Of a stretch of DNA of 64,000 nucleotides, positions 35,492 to 46,802 are shown piece by piece (the first letter of the stretch is position 1; every line of letters begins with the position of its first letter). The notes below the pieces were generated by a model, which ran no database searches, was not told the origin of the DNA, and worked only from the letters and a program-made list of their open reading frames with translations. The DNA comes from an uncultured Actinomycetota bacterium (GTDB taxonomy: Bacteria > Actinomycetota > Actinomycetes > Streptosporangiales > Streptosporangiaceae). Made by a program: the position numbers and the translations under genes. The stretch spans positions 66,632-130,631 of the forward strand of contig CAVSNQ010000008.1 of assembly GCA_963729365.1 (NCBI GenBank), read 5' to 3'.

Positions 35492-36802
35492 ATGCCCGGC
35501 TCGCCCGGCTCGTTCCCGCTCGGCGCGGCGGTGACCATGAGCGATCTCGATGGCGACCTGCACCCGGTGCTGCGGCGGCTGCGCGAGCGTGAGCCGGTCT
35601 CGTGGCTCCCCGCGCTGGGCGGCTGGCTGGTCACGCGCCGGGACCTGGCCTTGCGGGTACTGCGCGATACGCGGGCGTTCACCGTCGATGATCCCAGGTT
35701 CTCGACCGCCCGGGTGGTCGGGCCGAGCATGCTGTCGCTGGATGGCGCCGAGCACAAGCGCCACCGCGAGCCTTTCGCCGAGGCGTTCCGGCTGACCCGG
35801 GTGGAGGCCGGGCTGGAGGAGTTCGTCGGGGCCGAGGCCGAGTCGCTGGTGTCGGGTTTCGCGGCGGCGGGCCGCGCCGAGCTGCGGCGCGGGCTGGCCG
35901 GGCCGCTGGCGGTGGCGGTCGTCGCCGAGGTGCTCGGCCTGGGCCGGACGGACCCGCGGGTCGTGTTGTCCTGGTACGACGAGATCGTCGGCGCGGTGTC
36001 GGCCCTGGCCGGGGAGCCGGGGCAGCGTTCCGGCCCGGGCGCCGTCACCGCGGGGTCGGCGGCGTTCGGCGAGCTCAGTGAGCGCCTGCGGGAGGTGATC
36101 ACCCAAGCGCACGGGGACTCGCTGCTCGCAGCCGTCGCCGGGGCCGGGGTCGGGGCAGCAGGCGGGGCCGGGGCCGGGGTCGGGGCCGCTGCCGGGGTCG
36201 GGGCCGCTGCCGGGGCCGGGGCTGGGTTCGGGGGCGCCGGGCTGAGTGACGGCGAGGTCGTGTCGAACGCGGCGGTCCTGGCCTTCGGCGGCATCGAGAC
36301 GACCGAGGGCATGATCTGCAACGCCGTCCTGCACCTGCTGGCCCATCCCGGCCAGCTCCGCGAGGTGATCGCCGACCGCGGCCTGGCGGCGAACGCCGTG
36401 GAGGAGTCGCTGCGGCTCGAGCCGGCGGCGGCGGTCGTCGACCGCTACGCGACCGCCGATGTTTCGCTGGGCCCGGCGGGGATCCGGCGCGGGGATCTGG
36501 TCACGGTCTCTCTGGCCGGAGCGGGCCGGGACCCGGCGTTCTTCCCCGACCCGGACCGGTTCGACGTGCACCGCGTGAACGCCAGGCAGCACCTGGCGTT
36601 CGCGCACGGCCCGCATTTCTGTCTCGGCGCGCACCTGGCCCGGATGGAGGCGAGGGCAGCCGTGCTGGCGCTGCTGCGGCTGCCGAGGCTGCGGCTGGAT
36701 CCCGCGCGCCGCCCAGCGCCACGCGGAGTCGTGTTCCGCAAGCCACCTGAACTGCACGTTCGGTGGGATGTTCCGGTCTCGCGACACGCCGCGCGCGGTT
36801 AG
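35492..36802 (+). CDS. cytochrome P450
   Basis: ORF 35492..36802. I-helix AFGGIETTEG, ExxR (EESLRLEP), heme loop FAHGPHFCLGAHLAR. It carries a Gly/Ala low-complexity insertion before the I-helix. Confidence 0.85.
   Translation: MPGSPGSFPLGAAVTMSDLDGDLHPVLRRLREREPVSWLPALGGWLVTRRDLALRVLRDTRAFTVDDPRFSTARVVGPSMLSLDGAEHKRHREPFAEAFRLTRVEAGLEEFVGAEAESLVSGFAAAGRAELRRGLAGPLAVAVVAEVLGLGRTDPRVVLSWYDEIVGAVSALAGEPGQRSGPGAVTAGSAAFGELSERLREVITQAHGDSLLAAVAGAGVGAAGGAGAGVGAAAGVGAAAGAGAGFGGAGLSDGEVVSNAAVLAFGGIETTEGMICNAVLHLLAHPGQLREVIADRGLAANAVEESLRLEPAAAVVDRYATADVSLGPAGIRRGDLVTVSLAGAGRDPAFFPDPDRFDVHRVNARQHLAFAHGPHFCLGAHLARMEARAAVLALLRLPRLRLDPARRPAPRGVVFRKPPELHVRWDVPVSRHAARG
36136..36240. repeat. GC-rich low-complexity / 18-bp tandem repeat coding (A/G/V)n inside the P450 gene
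   Basis: GCCGGGGTCGGGGCCGCT occurs twice in tandem (36173-36190, 36191-36208), flanked by degenerate GCCGGGGCCGGGG units. It is translated as AGAGVGAAGGAGAGVGAAAGVGAAAGAGAGFGGAG. Confidence 0.8.
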
Positions 36803-36895
36803 TCGAAATTATCTACGAATTCTGACCCTCAGTGGTAAAATAATCGAAAGCATAAGCGCTCTCGACCCGGTCGGCCGACACCGGAGGGAGGCTAG

Positions 36896-38569
36896 ATGAA
36901 CGCAGAGCCCGGCGCCTGGGATGGCGACCAGCCCGGCGCGGACGGCGATCAGGAGGAAGATCGGCCATCCGCCGGGCCGCCCGCGCCGGGTCCGTCCGCC
37001 GCGGAACTACTGGCCCTGCTGGCGGGCGACGGGGAACTGACCGGCGAGCAGGTCGCTGCGCTGGCCCGGCTGGACGACAGCGCCCCGGGCGCCGGTTCGG
37101 CGGACCCGGTGGCGGCCGAGGCGCTTGACGCGGGATTCGTTCACCGGGACGGCGGGCCGGGCCCGGGGTTCGCGGCGGGCGGGGTGCTTGACGCGATGGA
37201 GCCCGGCACTGCCCTGGCCGGGTTCGCGGACCGGACCTGGGCGGCCGGCCTCGGCCTGCTGTCCGACGATGAGCTGTGCGGTTTCCTGACCGCGCAGCGG
37301 CGGCTGGCCTCCCGGGCGGCGGCTGGAGAGCTGGCGGCCACGGCCGAGCTAGCCGCCCGCCGGGCCGGGCCGGACGGCCGTCCCGGCGAGCACGTTGAAG
37401 AAGAGCTGGCCGCATTGCTGACGTTGACCAGCCGGGCCGCTGCGACGCTGGCCGGGCAGGCGGCGGCCATGGTCCGCCTGCGCGGAGTGGCCGTCGCGCT
37501 GGCGGCCGGGCGGATTGACATGCCCAAGGCCGCCGTGTTCGCGGCCGAGACCGCCTGCCTGGACGATATAGCGGCCGCGGCGATCGCGGCCGTCGTGCTG
37601 CCGGACGCGAGCGGGATGACCACGGGACGCCTGCGCGCCACGCTGCGTCAGGAGATCCTGGCTTACGATCCGCAGGCCGCCATCAAGCGGCGGCAGGAGG
37701 CCGAGAAGGAGGCCAGGGTCGAGACCTGGGCCGAGGCGGCGGGCACTGCTGCTATCGCAGGCCGGGATCTGGCCCCCGCCGCAGTGATCAAAGCCGACAA
37801 GAACCTCGACGCCGACGCTCGCTGGCTCAAGCAACACGGCGCGGCCGGCACTCATGACCAGCTGCGCGCCTGTGCGATGGTGGCCAGGCTCACCGGCCAG
37901 TCCCTGCAATCCCTGGTGCCAGGCGGCATCGGGCGCGCGCCAGCGACCGGCCCGCCCGGCCAGCCTGGCGGACTGGCCGGGTCGGTGAACCTGACCATGC
38001 CCGTGACTGCGTGGCTCGGACTGTCGGAGCGGCCAGGGGAGATCGCCGGGAACGGTGCCGCCGACGCGGGGACTTGCCGTGACCTGGCCGCGGCGCTCGC
38101 CGCTCACCGCGGCGCGCGGTGGTGCGTGACGCTCACCGATCGCCGGGGCCGGGCGGTCGCTCATGGATGCGCCCGGGCCGGACCCGGCCCGCCGGGGACC
38201 GCCGACTCCGCGGCCTGGCTGGCGGCCATCAAGATCACGTCGATCGAGACCGGGACCTGCTCCCACCGGCGGGAGTCCGCCGGGTACCGGCCGCCGGGCT
38301 CGCTGCGCCACCTGATCAAGATCCGCAGTCGGCGGTGCGGCTACCCGGGCTGCCGCCGGCCCGCGACCCGGTGTGATGACGACCATACGATCCCGCACCA
38401 TCGGGGCGGCCGGACCTGCGAGTGTAATTTGTACCCTTTGTGCCGCCGCCACCACCGGACGAAGCAGGCGCCAGGATGGCACCTCAGCCAACCGGAACCA
38501 GGCGTCCTGGCCTGGCGCTTGCCCAGCGGACGCCGGGTCACCGTCCTTCCTGACCCCTACCTGATCTAG
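36896..38569 (+). CDS. DUF222-type protein with C-terminal HNH endonuclease domain (REP13E12-like)
   Basis: ORF 36896..38569. Ala-rich helical N-terminal region, then CGYPGCRRPATRCDDDHTIPHHRGGRTCECNLYPLCRRHHRTKQ (HNH). Preceded by an unusually AT-rich 90-nt leader. Confidence 0.85.
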   Translation: MNAEPGAWDGDQPGADGDQEEDRPSAGPPAPGPSAAELLALLAGDGELTGEQVAALARLDDSAPGAGSADPVAAEALDAGFVHRDGGPGPGFAAGGVLDAMEPGTALAGFADRTWAAGLGLLSDDELCGFLTAQRRLASRAAAGELAATAELAARRAGPDGRPGEHVEEELAALLTLTSRAAATLAGQAAAMVRLRGVAVALAAGRIDMPKAAVFAAETACLDDIAAAAIAAVVLPDASGMTTGRLRATLRQEILAYDPQAAIKRRQEAEKEARVETWAEAAGTAAIAGRDLAPAAVIKADKNLDADARWLKQHGAAGTHDQLRACAMVARLTGQSLQSLVPGGIGRAPATGPPGQPGGLAGSVNLTMPVTAWLGLSERPGEIAGNGAADAGTCRDLAAALAAHRGARWCVTLTDRRGRAVAHGCARAGPGPPGTADSAAWLAAIKITSIETGTCSHRRESAGYRPPGSLRHLIKIRSRRCGYPGCRRPATRCDDDHTIPHHRGGRTCECNLYPLCRRHHRTKQAPGWHLSQPEPGVLAWRLPSGRRVTVLPDPYLI

Positions 38570-38580
38570 CCAGCGGGCGA

Positions 38581-39447
38581 CTACGCCACCTGGATCGAGC
38601 GCTTGGCCAGGCCCAGCCAGTAGCCGGTGATGGTCGTCACCGGCGCCGGGGCGTCGGCCGCCGCGCCGAGCGTCACGAACAGCGGGGCGAAGTGCTCGGT
38701 CGTCGGGTGCGCGTAGCGGGCCGCGGGCGCGGAACGGAAGTTGACGAGCGCGTCGACGTCGCCCGAATCCAGCGCCTCGGCGGCCCAGTGATCGAACTCG
38801 GCTGACCAGCCCGGCGGCGGTGCGTCGAAGCGGAAATCCCGCAGGAACGGCAGACCGTGGGTGAGGAAGCCGCTGCCGACGATCAGAACGCCATCGTCCC
38901 GCAGCGGCCGCAGCGCCTGGCCGATCCGCAGCAGCCGGCCGGGGTCCAGGCTCGGCATCGAGATCTGCAGCACGGGGATGTCAGCCTGGGGGTACATGAC
39001 GGTCAGCGGCACGTAGGCGCCGTGGTCCAGGCCGCGGCCAGGCAGGTCGGTGACCGGTTCCTGCCCGGCCAGCAGCCCGCGGACCTGCCCGGCCAGCCCG
39101 GGTGCGCCCGGTGCCGGGTACCTGGCCCGGTAGTAGCGGTCAGCAAAGCCGCCGAAGTCGTAGACGAGCGGCACGCCGTCGTCGGTCGCGCCGATCGTCA
39201 GCGGCGCGGACTCCCAGTGGGCCGACACCATCAGGATCGCCCGGGGACGCGGCAGGACGCCGGCCCACGCCGCGAGCTGGACTACCCACAGCGGGTCGTC
39301 GACCAGCGGCGGCGCGCCATGGCCGAGGTAGATCGCGGGCATCCGGCCCGGCGTCACGGCCGCGGCCGCCCGCCTGGCCACCTGGTCGGCCGCGTCGGCG
39401 GTCACCGGCTCATGCTCGGGTTCCTGCGCGCGAAGCTCCTCGTCCAT
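38581..39447 (-). CDS. class III extradiol dioxygenase (LigB / 4,5-DOPA dioxygenase, YgiD-like)
   Basis: ORF 38581..39507(-), ATG 39447 after GGAGGAGAG: MPAIYLGHGAPP, ILMVSAHWES, VYDFGGF, GLDHGAYVPL, IVGSGFLTHG. Confidence 0.8.
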   Translation of the reverse strand: MDEELRAQEPEHEPVTADAADQVARRAAAAVTPGRMPAIYLGHGAPPLVDDPLWVVQLAAWAGVLPRPRAILMVSAHWESAPLTIGATDDGVPLVYDFGGFADRYYRARYPAPGAPGLAGQVRGLLAGQEPVTDLPGRGLDHGAYVPLTVMYPQADIPVLQISMPSLDPGRLLRIGQALRPLRDDGVLIVGSGFLTHGLPFLRDFRFDAPPPGWSAEFDHWAAEALDSGDVDALVNFRSAPAARYAHPTTEHFAPLFVTLGAAADAPAPVTTITGYWLGLAKRSIQVA

Positions 39448-39512
39448 CTCTCCTCCGGTCCGCGGTGGCCGACGGTCTGTGCGGCACCCACCGACTGTGG
39501 TACCCACTGTCT

Positions 39513-40044
39513 ATGGTGCCGACGTCCTCGATCCCCGCTGCGGCCGGGCGCGCGACGCGGGTGGTGGCGCTGGCCGACACGCATGCGCCGCGACGGTGGA
39601 GGTCCTGCCCGCCGCGGGTGGCCGCGCAGCTGCGCCGGGCCGACGTGATCCTGCACGCGGGAGACGTATGCACCGCCGCGGTCCTCGACGAGCTGTCCGA
39701 GTACGCTCCGGTGCTCGCCGTGGCCGGTAACAACGACGGCCCGGACGTGGCGGCCTGGGGCGCGAAGCCGACGCTGCAGGCCGACCTCGGCGGGCTGCGG
39801 ATCGCGATGATCCATGACAGCGGCGCGGCGTCCGGCCGGCTGCAGCGGATGCGGCGCCGGTTTCCCGGCGCGGGACTTATCGTGTTCGGTCACTCGCACA
39901 TCCCCCTGGACGCCGAGGCCGGCGGGCTCCGGATCTTCAACCCCGGATCACCCACCGACCGCCGCCGTCAGCCCCATGGCACCGTCGGCGTGCTGCGCAT
40001 CGAGGCCAGGCCTGGTCACCGCGGACATCATCGCGGTCACCTGA
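39513..40044 (+). CDS. YfcE-like metallophosphoesterase, apparent 1-nt frameshift near 40004-40014
   Basis: From ATG 39513 in ORF 39102..40250: VVALADTHAP, ILHAGDV, AVAGNND, FGHSHIP, IFNPGSP, GTVGVLRIEA. The expected C-terminus LVTADIIAVT-stop is in the +1 frame (ORF 39814..40044). The uninterrupted frame instead runs antisense into glgB up to 40250. Confidence 0.6.
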
Positions 40045-40070
40045 GCGTGGCGGCGTGGCGGGCCTCCCGG

Positions 40071-42347
40071 TCAGTCGTCGGGGGCCAGCCAGACCACCCC
40101 GAGCGGCGGCAGGCTGAGCGATACCGAGGCGGGCTGGCCGTGCGATGGCTCGGCCACGGCCTCGACGGCCCCGAGATTGCCCACCCCGCTCCCCCCGTAG
40201 CCGGCGGCATCGGTGTTGATCATCTCGCGCCACCGGCCGGCGACCGGTAGCCCGATCCGGTAGTCCAGGTGCGGATCGCCGGAGAAGTTCACCACGCAGG
40301 CGACGGTCTTTGCTCCGGCGTCCGTCTCGCCGGGGCCGGCGAACCGCAGGAACGCCAGCACGTTCCCGTCCGCGTCGCTGGCGTCGATCCAGCCGAACCC
40401 GTCCGGGCTGAAGTCCCGCCGCCACAGCGCCGGGCTGTCGCTGTACGCCCGGTTCAGGTCCTTGACCAGCCGCTGCACCCCGCTGTGGAATCCGGTGCCG
40501 TCGCCCAGCGACTGCCAGTCGAGGCCGGCCTGCTCGGACCACTCGCTCTCCTGGCCGAACTCAGAGCCCATGAACAGCAGTTGCTTGCCCGGGTGCGCCC
40601 ACTGGTAGGCCAGCAGCGCCCGCAGCCCGGCGAACTGTTTCCACTGGTCGCCCGGCATCTTGCCCAGCAGCGATCTCTTGCCGTGCACCACCTCGTCGTG
40701 TGACAGCGGCAGCACGAAGTTCTCGCTGAAGGCGTACACCATCGAGAACGTGATCTCGTTCTGGTGGTAGTGCCGGAACAGCGGGTCCTTGGACAGGTAG
40801 GACAGCGTGTCGTGCATCCAGCCGAGATTCCACTTCAGGCCGAACCCGAGCCCGCCCAGGTGCACCGGCTTGGTCACGCCCGGCCAGGCCGTGGACTCCT
40901 CGGCGATCATCATGATGCCCGGCACCCGCTTATAGCAGGTGGCGTTCACTTCGCGCAGGAACGAGACGGCGTCCAGGTTCTCCCGGCCGCCGAGGGCGTT
41001 CGGCGACCACTCGCCTGCGGCGCGCGAGTAGTCCAGGTACAGCATGGACGCGACGGCGTCGACCCGCAGGCCGTCGGCGTGGAACTCCTCGAACCAGTAG
41101 ATCGCGTTGGCGACCAGGAAGTTGCGGACCTCCGGCCTGCCGTAGTCGAAGATGAGCGTGCCCCAGTCCGGTTGCGTGCCACGGCGCGGGTCGGCGTTCT
41201 CGTAGAGCGGCGTGCCATCGAAGCGGGCCAGCGCCCAATCGTCGCGGGGAAAGTGCGCGGGCACCCAGTCGAGGATGACGCCGATGCCGGCCCGGTGCAG
41301 CCGGTCCACCAGGTAGCGGAAGTCATCCGGCGAGCCGAAGCGGGCCGAGGGCGCGTAGTACGAGGTCACCTGGTAACCCCAGGATCCGCCGAACGGGTGC
41401 TCGGCGACCGGCAGGAACTCCACGTGCGTGAACCCGAGCTCGGTGACGTAGGCGGCGAGCTGATCGGCGAGCTCGGTGTAAGAGAGCCCGGGCCGCCAGG
41501 ACCCCAGGTGCACCTCGTACGCGCTGAGCCGCTGATCCAGCGGGTTGCGCCCGGCTCGCTCGGCCATCCATGCCTGGTCGCCCCACTCGTACCGGGAGTC
41601 ATAGACCACCGACGCGGTGGCGGGCGGCCGCTCGGCCAACGCGGCCATGGGGTCGGCCTTAGCGTGCCAGCTGCCGTCCGGCCCGCAGACGTCGTACTTG
41701 TAGCGCGTTCCCGCGGTTACCCCGGGCACGAACAGCTCCCAGACGCCCGATCCGCCCAGCGAGCGCATCGGATGCGCGCGCCCGTCCCAGTGATTGAAGT
41801 CACCGATCACGCGCACGCCGCGCGCGTTCGGCGCCCAGACGGCGAACGCGGTGCCTTCGGCCTTGTCGCCGACGTGGGCGCCGAGCACCCGCCACAGCTG
41901 CTCATGCCGGCCCTCGGCGATCAGGTGCAGGTCGATCTCGCCGAGTGTCGGGAGGTGCCGGTAAGGGTCGTCGGTGATCGTCTCGGGCAGGGTGGCGGGG
42001 CCGGCCGAGCTGTCTTCGCCCGCTCCAGGGTCGGGATAGGTGACGGCGATCCGGTAGTCGGGCGCGTGGCTGACCGGCAGCGTGACGGCGAACACGCCCT
42101 GGTGCACGTGCCGCATGGGGAACCGGCGCCCGTCGGGAAGGACGGCGGCGACCGAGGCGGCCAGCGGGCGAAGCGCGGCTACGACCGTACCGGCCTGGCC
42201 GCCGGCGGAAGCTCCGCTGGCGGGATGCGCGCCGAGGACCGAGTGCGGGTCGTGGTGCGTTCCGGCCACGATCCGGTCGATCTCGGCGTGGCTGATCTGG
42301 TCGGCCTGGTCGGCCTGGTTGGCCTGCTGGCTGGTCTTTTCCGGCAT
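40071..42347 (-). CDS. glgB: 1,4-alpha-glucan branching enzyme
   Basis: ORF 40071..42533(-), ATG 42347: [108 protein letters not shown]. Confidence 0.95.
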   Translation of the reverse strand: MPEKTSQQANQADQADQISHAEIDRIVAGTHHDPHSVLGAHPASGASAGGQAGTVVAALRPLAASVAAVLPDGRRFPMRHVHQGVFAVTLPVSHAPDYRIAVTYPDPGAGEDSSAGPATLPETITDDPYRHLPTLGEIDLHLIAEGRHEQLWRVLGAHVGDKAEGTAFAVWAPNARGVRVIGDFNHWDGRAHPMRSLGGSGVWELFVPGVTAGTRYKYDVCGPDGSWHAKADPMAALAERPPATASVVYDSRYEWGDQAWMAERAGRNPLDQRLSAYEVHLGSWRPGLSYTELADQLAAYVTELGFTHVEFLPVAEHPFGGSWGYQVTSYYAPSARFGSPDDFRYLVDRLHRAGIGVILDWVPAHFPRDDWALARFDGTPLYENADPRRGTQPDWGTLIFDYGRPEVRNFLVANAIYWFEEFHADGLRVDAVASMLYLDYSRAAGEWSPNALGGRENLDAVSFLREVNATCYKRVPGIMMIAEESTAWPGVTKPVHLGGLGFGLKWNLGWMHDTLSYLSKDPLFRHYHQNEITFSMVYAFSENFVLPLSHDEVVHGKRSLLGKMPGDQWKQFAGLRALLAYQWAHPGKQLLFMGSEFGQESEWSEQAGLDWQSLGDGTGFHSGVQRLVKDLNRAYSDSPALWRRDFSPDGFGWIDASDADGNVLAFLRFAGPGETDAGAKTVACVVNFSGDPHLDYRIGLPVAGRWREMINTDAAGYGGSGVGNLGAVEAVAEPSHGQPASVSLSLPPLGVVWLAPDD

Positions 42348-43698
42348 AAGGACGCTGCAATCGAGTCGAGCGGGATTGGCAGCCAGGACGGACGGTGCCT
42401 GGCCTCGTACACCACCTCGTATACCGCCTTGTCGAGCATCAGGGCGCGCAGCAGCACGCCGTTGGCCTGCGGATCCATCCCGCCCGCCTCGGCGTAGCCC
42501 TTGCCGAACGCCGCCTGGCTGCGCTCCACCCACTCACTGGCGATGTCGCTGAGCTTTTCCGCGTCCGGGCGATCGAGCAGCTGATGACGGGCAGCGTAGT
42601 CGAACGAGCGGAGCATGCCGGCCACATCGCGCAGCGCGACGCCGGGCGCCCGCCGCTGCCCGAGCGGCACCGCCGGCTCTCCCTCGAAATCCAGCACCAC
42701 CCAGCCGGTCGCGGTGCGCAGCACCTGGCCGAGGTGGTAGTCGCCGTGCACCCGCTGCACCGGCATCGGTCCGCGGACCGCGGCCAGGTCGGCATAGTAG
42801 CCGCGGAGCTTGCCGGCGTACGGGCGCAGCTCGGGCACCTCCGCGCTGGCGCTGTCCAGCTTGCGGGTCATCTGGTCGGCCAGGTCGCCGAACGCTCCCG
42901 ACGGCATCTCTGAGACGCCGAACGCGGCGGCCAGGTCGGCGTGTACCTGCGCGGTCGCCGCCCCGAGCCGGAATGCCTCTCCGGCGAAGTCGCCGCCCGC
43001 CTGATCCGGCCGGATCGTCCCCTGGGCCTGCACGCCGTCGCCGGAATAGAGATCGCGCAGGCTGATGGCGGCCAGCGACCAGCCGTCGCTGGCCCCGGGC
43101 AGGTACCTGGACAGGATCGCCAGCAGGATCGAGTCGCCGTCGGCACTGGTCTCGATCCACCCGAACGGCTCGGCCACGTGCCTCGAGCCGCGCCGGGCCA
43201 GCGCCCTGGTCACTTCGAGGTCGGGGTTCTGGCCGGGGAATAGCCTGCGCAGCACCTTGAGGATGGCCGACTGGCCGAAGATCAGGCTGGTGTTGCTCTG
43301 CTCGCCGGTCAGCATCAGGCTGTCCAGGCTGGTGTCGATGACCGCCTTGGGCTCCCTGACGAAGCGCAGCCCCCCGACGGTCACCTGGTCGGCCATGCCC
43401 TGCAGCAGCATCTTGGTCAGCACGGGATCGTGCAGCGCCTCATAGGCGGTCCCGTCCGGGCCGGCCCCATGACCGCGTGGCTCAGCGGATCGGGCACGTG
43501 CGAGCGGATTCCGGCCAGAACCTGGTACCGGGCGGTCTCGTCGCCGGAGGACACCGTCACGATCAGGTGCCGCAGCTCGGGGTCGCCAGCGAGCAGCGTG
43601 GTCTCTGATGTAATCGAGAGGTCACGCATCGTGGCGCCGCTGCCCGAGTACCAGCGCTGCGCGGGCAGCCACGTCGCTAGTGTGTCCGCAAATGTCAT
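42179..43698 (-). pseudogene. mak: maltokinase (mak/pep2) interrupted by a 1-nt frameshift, with a C-terminal read-through into glgB
   Basis: The N-terminal cap domain is in ORF 43417..43731(-), from ATG 43698 (MTFADTLATWLPAQRWYSG...ARYQVLAG). The kinase body is in ORF 42179..43423(-) ([63 protein letters not shown]). The continuation PDGTAYEALHDPVLTKMLL is readable in the second frame across 43451-43470. Confidence 0.8.
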
Positions 43699-43778
43699 GA
43701 CTCCTGGTCTACCCTGCGACTCGCTGGTCATCCCGCAAACGGCGGACTGGCGCGTTATGGTCCAGATCAGTCAATCAG

Positions 43779-44873
43779 ATGGGATCCGGGATGAGGTCAG
43801 CCACGGACGGTTACGTTGATCTTCGGTCGGACACGGTCACCAGGCCGTCGGCGGCCATGCGCCGGGCCATGGCCGATGCCGAGGTGGGCGACGACTGGTA
43901 CGGGGATGATCCCACGGTCAACCGGCTGCAGGAGGCTGCCGCCGAGCTGACCGGCAAGCAGGCCGCGATTTACCTGCCCACCGGCACCCTGTGCAACCAG
44001 ATCGCGCTGCACGCGTTCGTACGGCCGGGCCGGTTCGTGGTCTGCGAGGCAAGCTCCCATGTCGGGGGCACGGAGGCGGCATCGGCGGCGACCATGTCCG
44101 GGATCGCGTTCCGCCGGGTCCCTGGGCGGCCGCTGGGGCAGCTGCACGCCGAGCAGGTCGTCGCGGCGCTGGCCCCCGACCCGTACGACGTGGACGTGGC
44201 GGACCTGGTGACGATCGAGAACACCCACCAGCTGGGCGGCGGATCCGTGATGTCGGCGGCCAGCGTGGCGGCCATCGGCGCGGTGTGCGCCGGGCGCGGC
44301 GTGCCGCTGTACCTGGACGGGGCCCGGATCTTCAACGCCGCGGTGGTGACCGGTGCGACCGTGGCCGACTACGGCGCCTCCGTGGACGCGCTGATGTTCT
44401 GCGTGTCCAAGGGCCTGGGCGCGCCGATCGGGTCGCTGCTGGCCGGCGACGCCGAGTTGATCAGGGAGGCCCGCCGGCTGAAGATCCTCTATGGTGCGGC
44501 CTGGCGGCAGGCCGGGATCATGGCGGCGGCCGGGCTGATCGCGCTGGCGGAGGGGCCGAAGCGGCTGCACGAAGACCATGCGAACGCCCGCCAGCTGGCC
44601 CGGGGCATCGCCGAGATCTTGCCCGGGGCACTGGACCCCGCTCAGGTGCAGACCAACATCGTGTTCGTCGACGTGACCCGCACGGGTCATGACGCGGGCG
44701 AATGGCAGCGGCGGCTGGCCGGGAACGGCGTGCTCGTCACGATGCTGCACGGGCGGATCCGGATGCTCACGCACGCCGACGTCACGGCGCAGGACATCGG
44801 CGCGGCGCTCGCCGCCTGGCGCACGGTTACGGCCGAGATCGGGGCCGCGCCGGTCAGCGCCGCGGGTGGCTAG
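43779..44873 (+). CDS. ltaE: low-specificity L-threonine aldolase (PLP, beta-eliminating lyase family)
   Basis: ORF 43779..44873: [83 protein letters not shown] (PLP lysine). Confidence 0.85.
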   Translation: MGSGMRSATDGYVDLRSDTVTRPSAAMRRAMADAEVGDDWYGDDPTVNRLQEAAAELTGKQAAIYLPTGTLCNQIALHAFVRPGRFVVCEASSHVGGTEAASAATMSGIAFRRVPGRPLGQLHAEQVVAALAPDPYDVDVADLVTIENTHQLGGGSVMSAASVAAIGAVCAGRGVPLYLDGARIFNAAVVTGATVADYGASVDALMFCVSKGLGAPIGSLLAGDAELIREARRLKILYGAAWRQAGIMAAAGLIALAEGPKRLHEDHANARQLARGIAEILPGALDPAQVQTNIVFVDVTRTGHDAGEWQRRLAGNGVLVTMLHGRIRMLTHADVTAQDIGAALAAWRTVTAEIGAAPVSAAGG

Positions 44874-44885
44874 CCCGGCCGATGA

Positions 44886-46709
<1,824 letters not shown>

Positions 46710-46802
46710 TGCGGTCTCCTGGTCCGAGGTGCCTCAAGCTACGGGTCTGTTGTGTTGCTGTTCGTTACATGTATGCAAATCGTTACGTGTCAACCGCCTC
46801 TG

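Noticed and set aside
36896-38569. The HNH gene as part of a restriction or anti-phage defence system.
   Set aside because: There are no adjacent methylase, ATPase, helicase or other defence-type partners. The neighbours are a P450 and a ring-cleavage dioxygenase. The DUF222+HNH architecture is a well-known stand-alone repeat-family gene.
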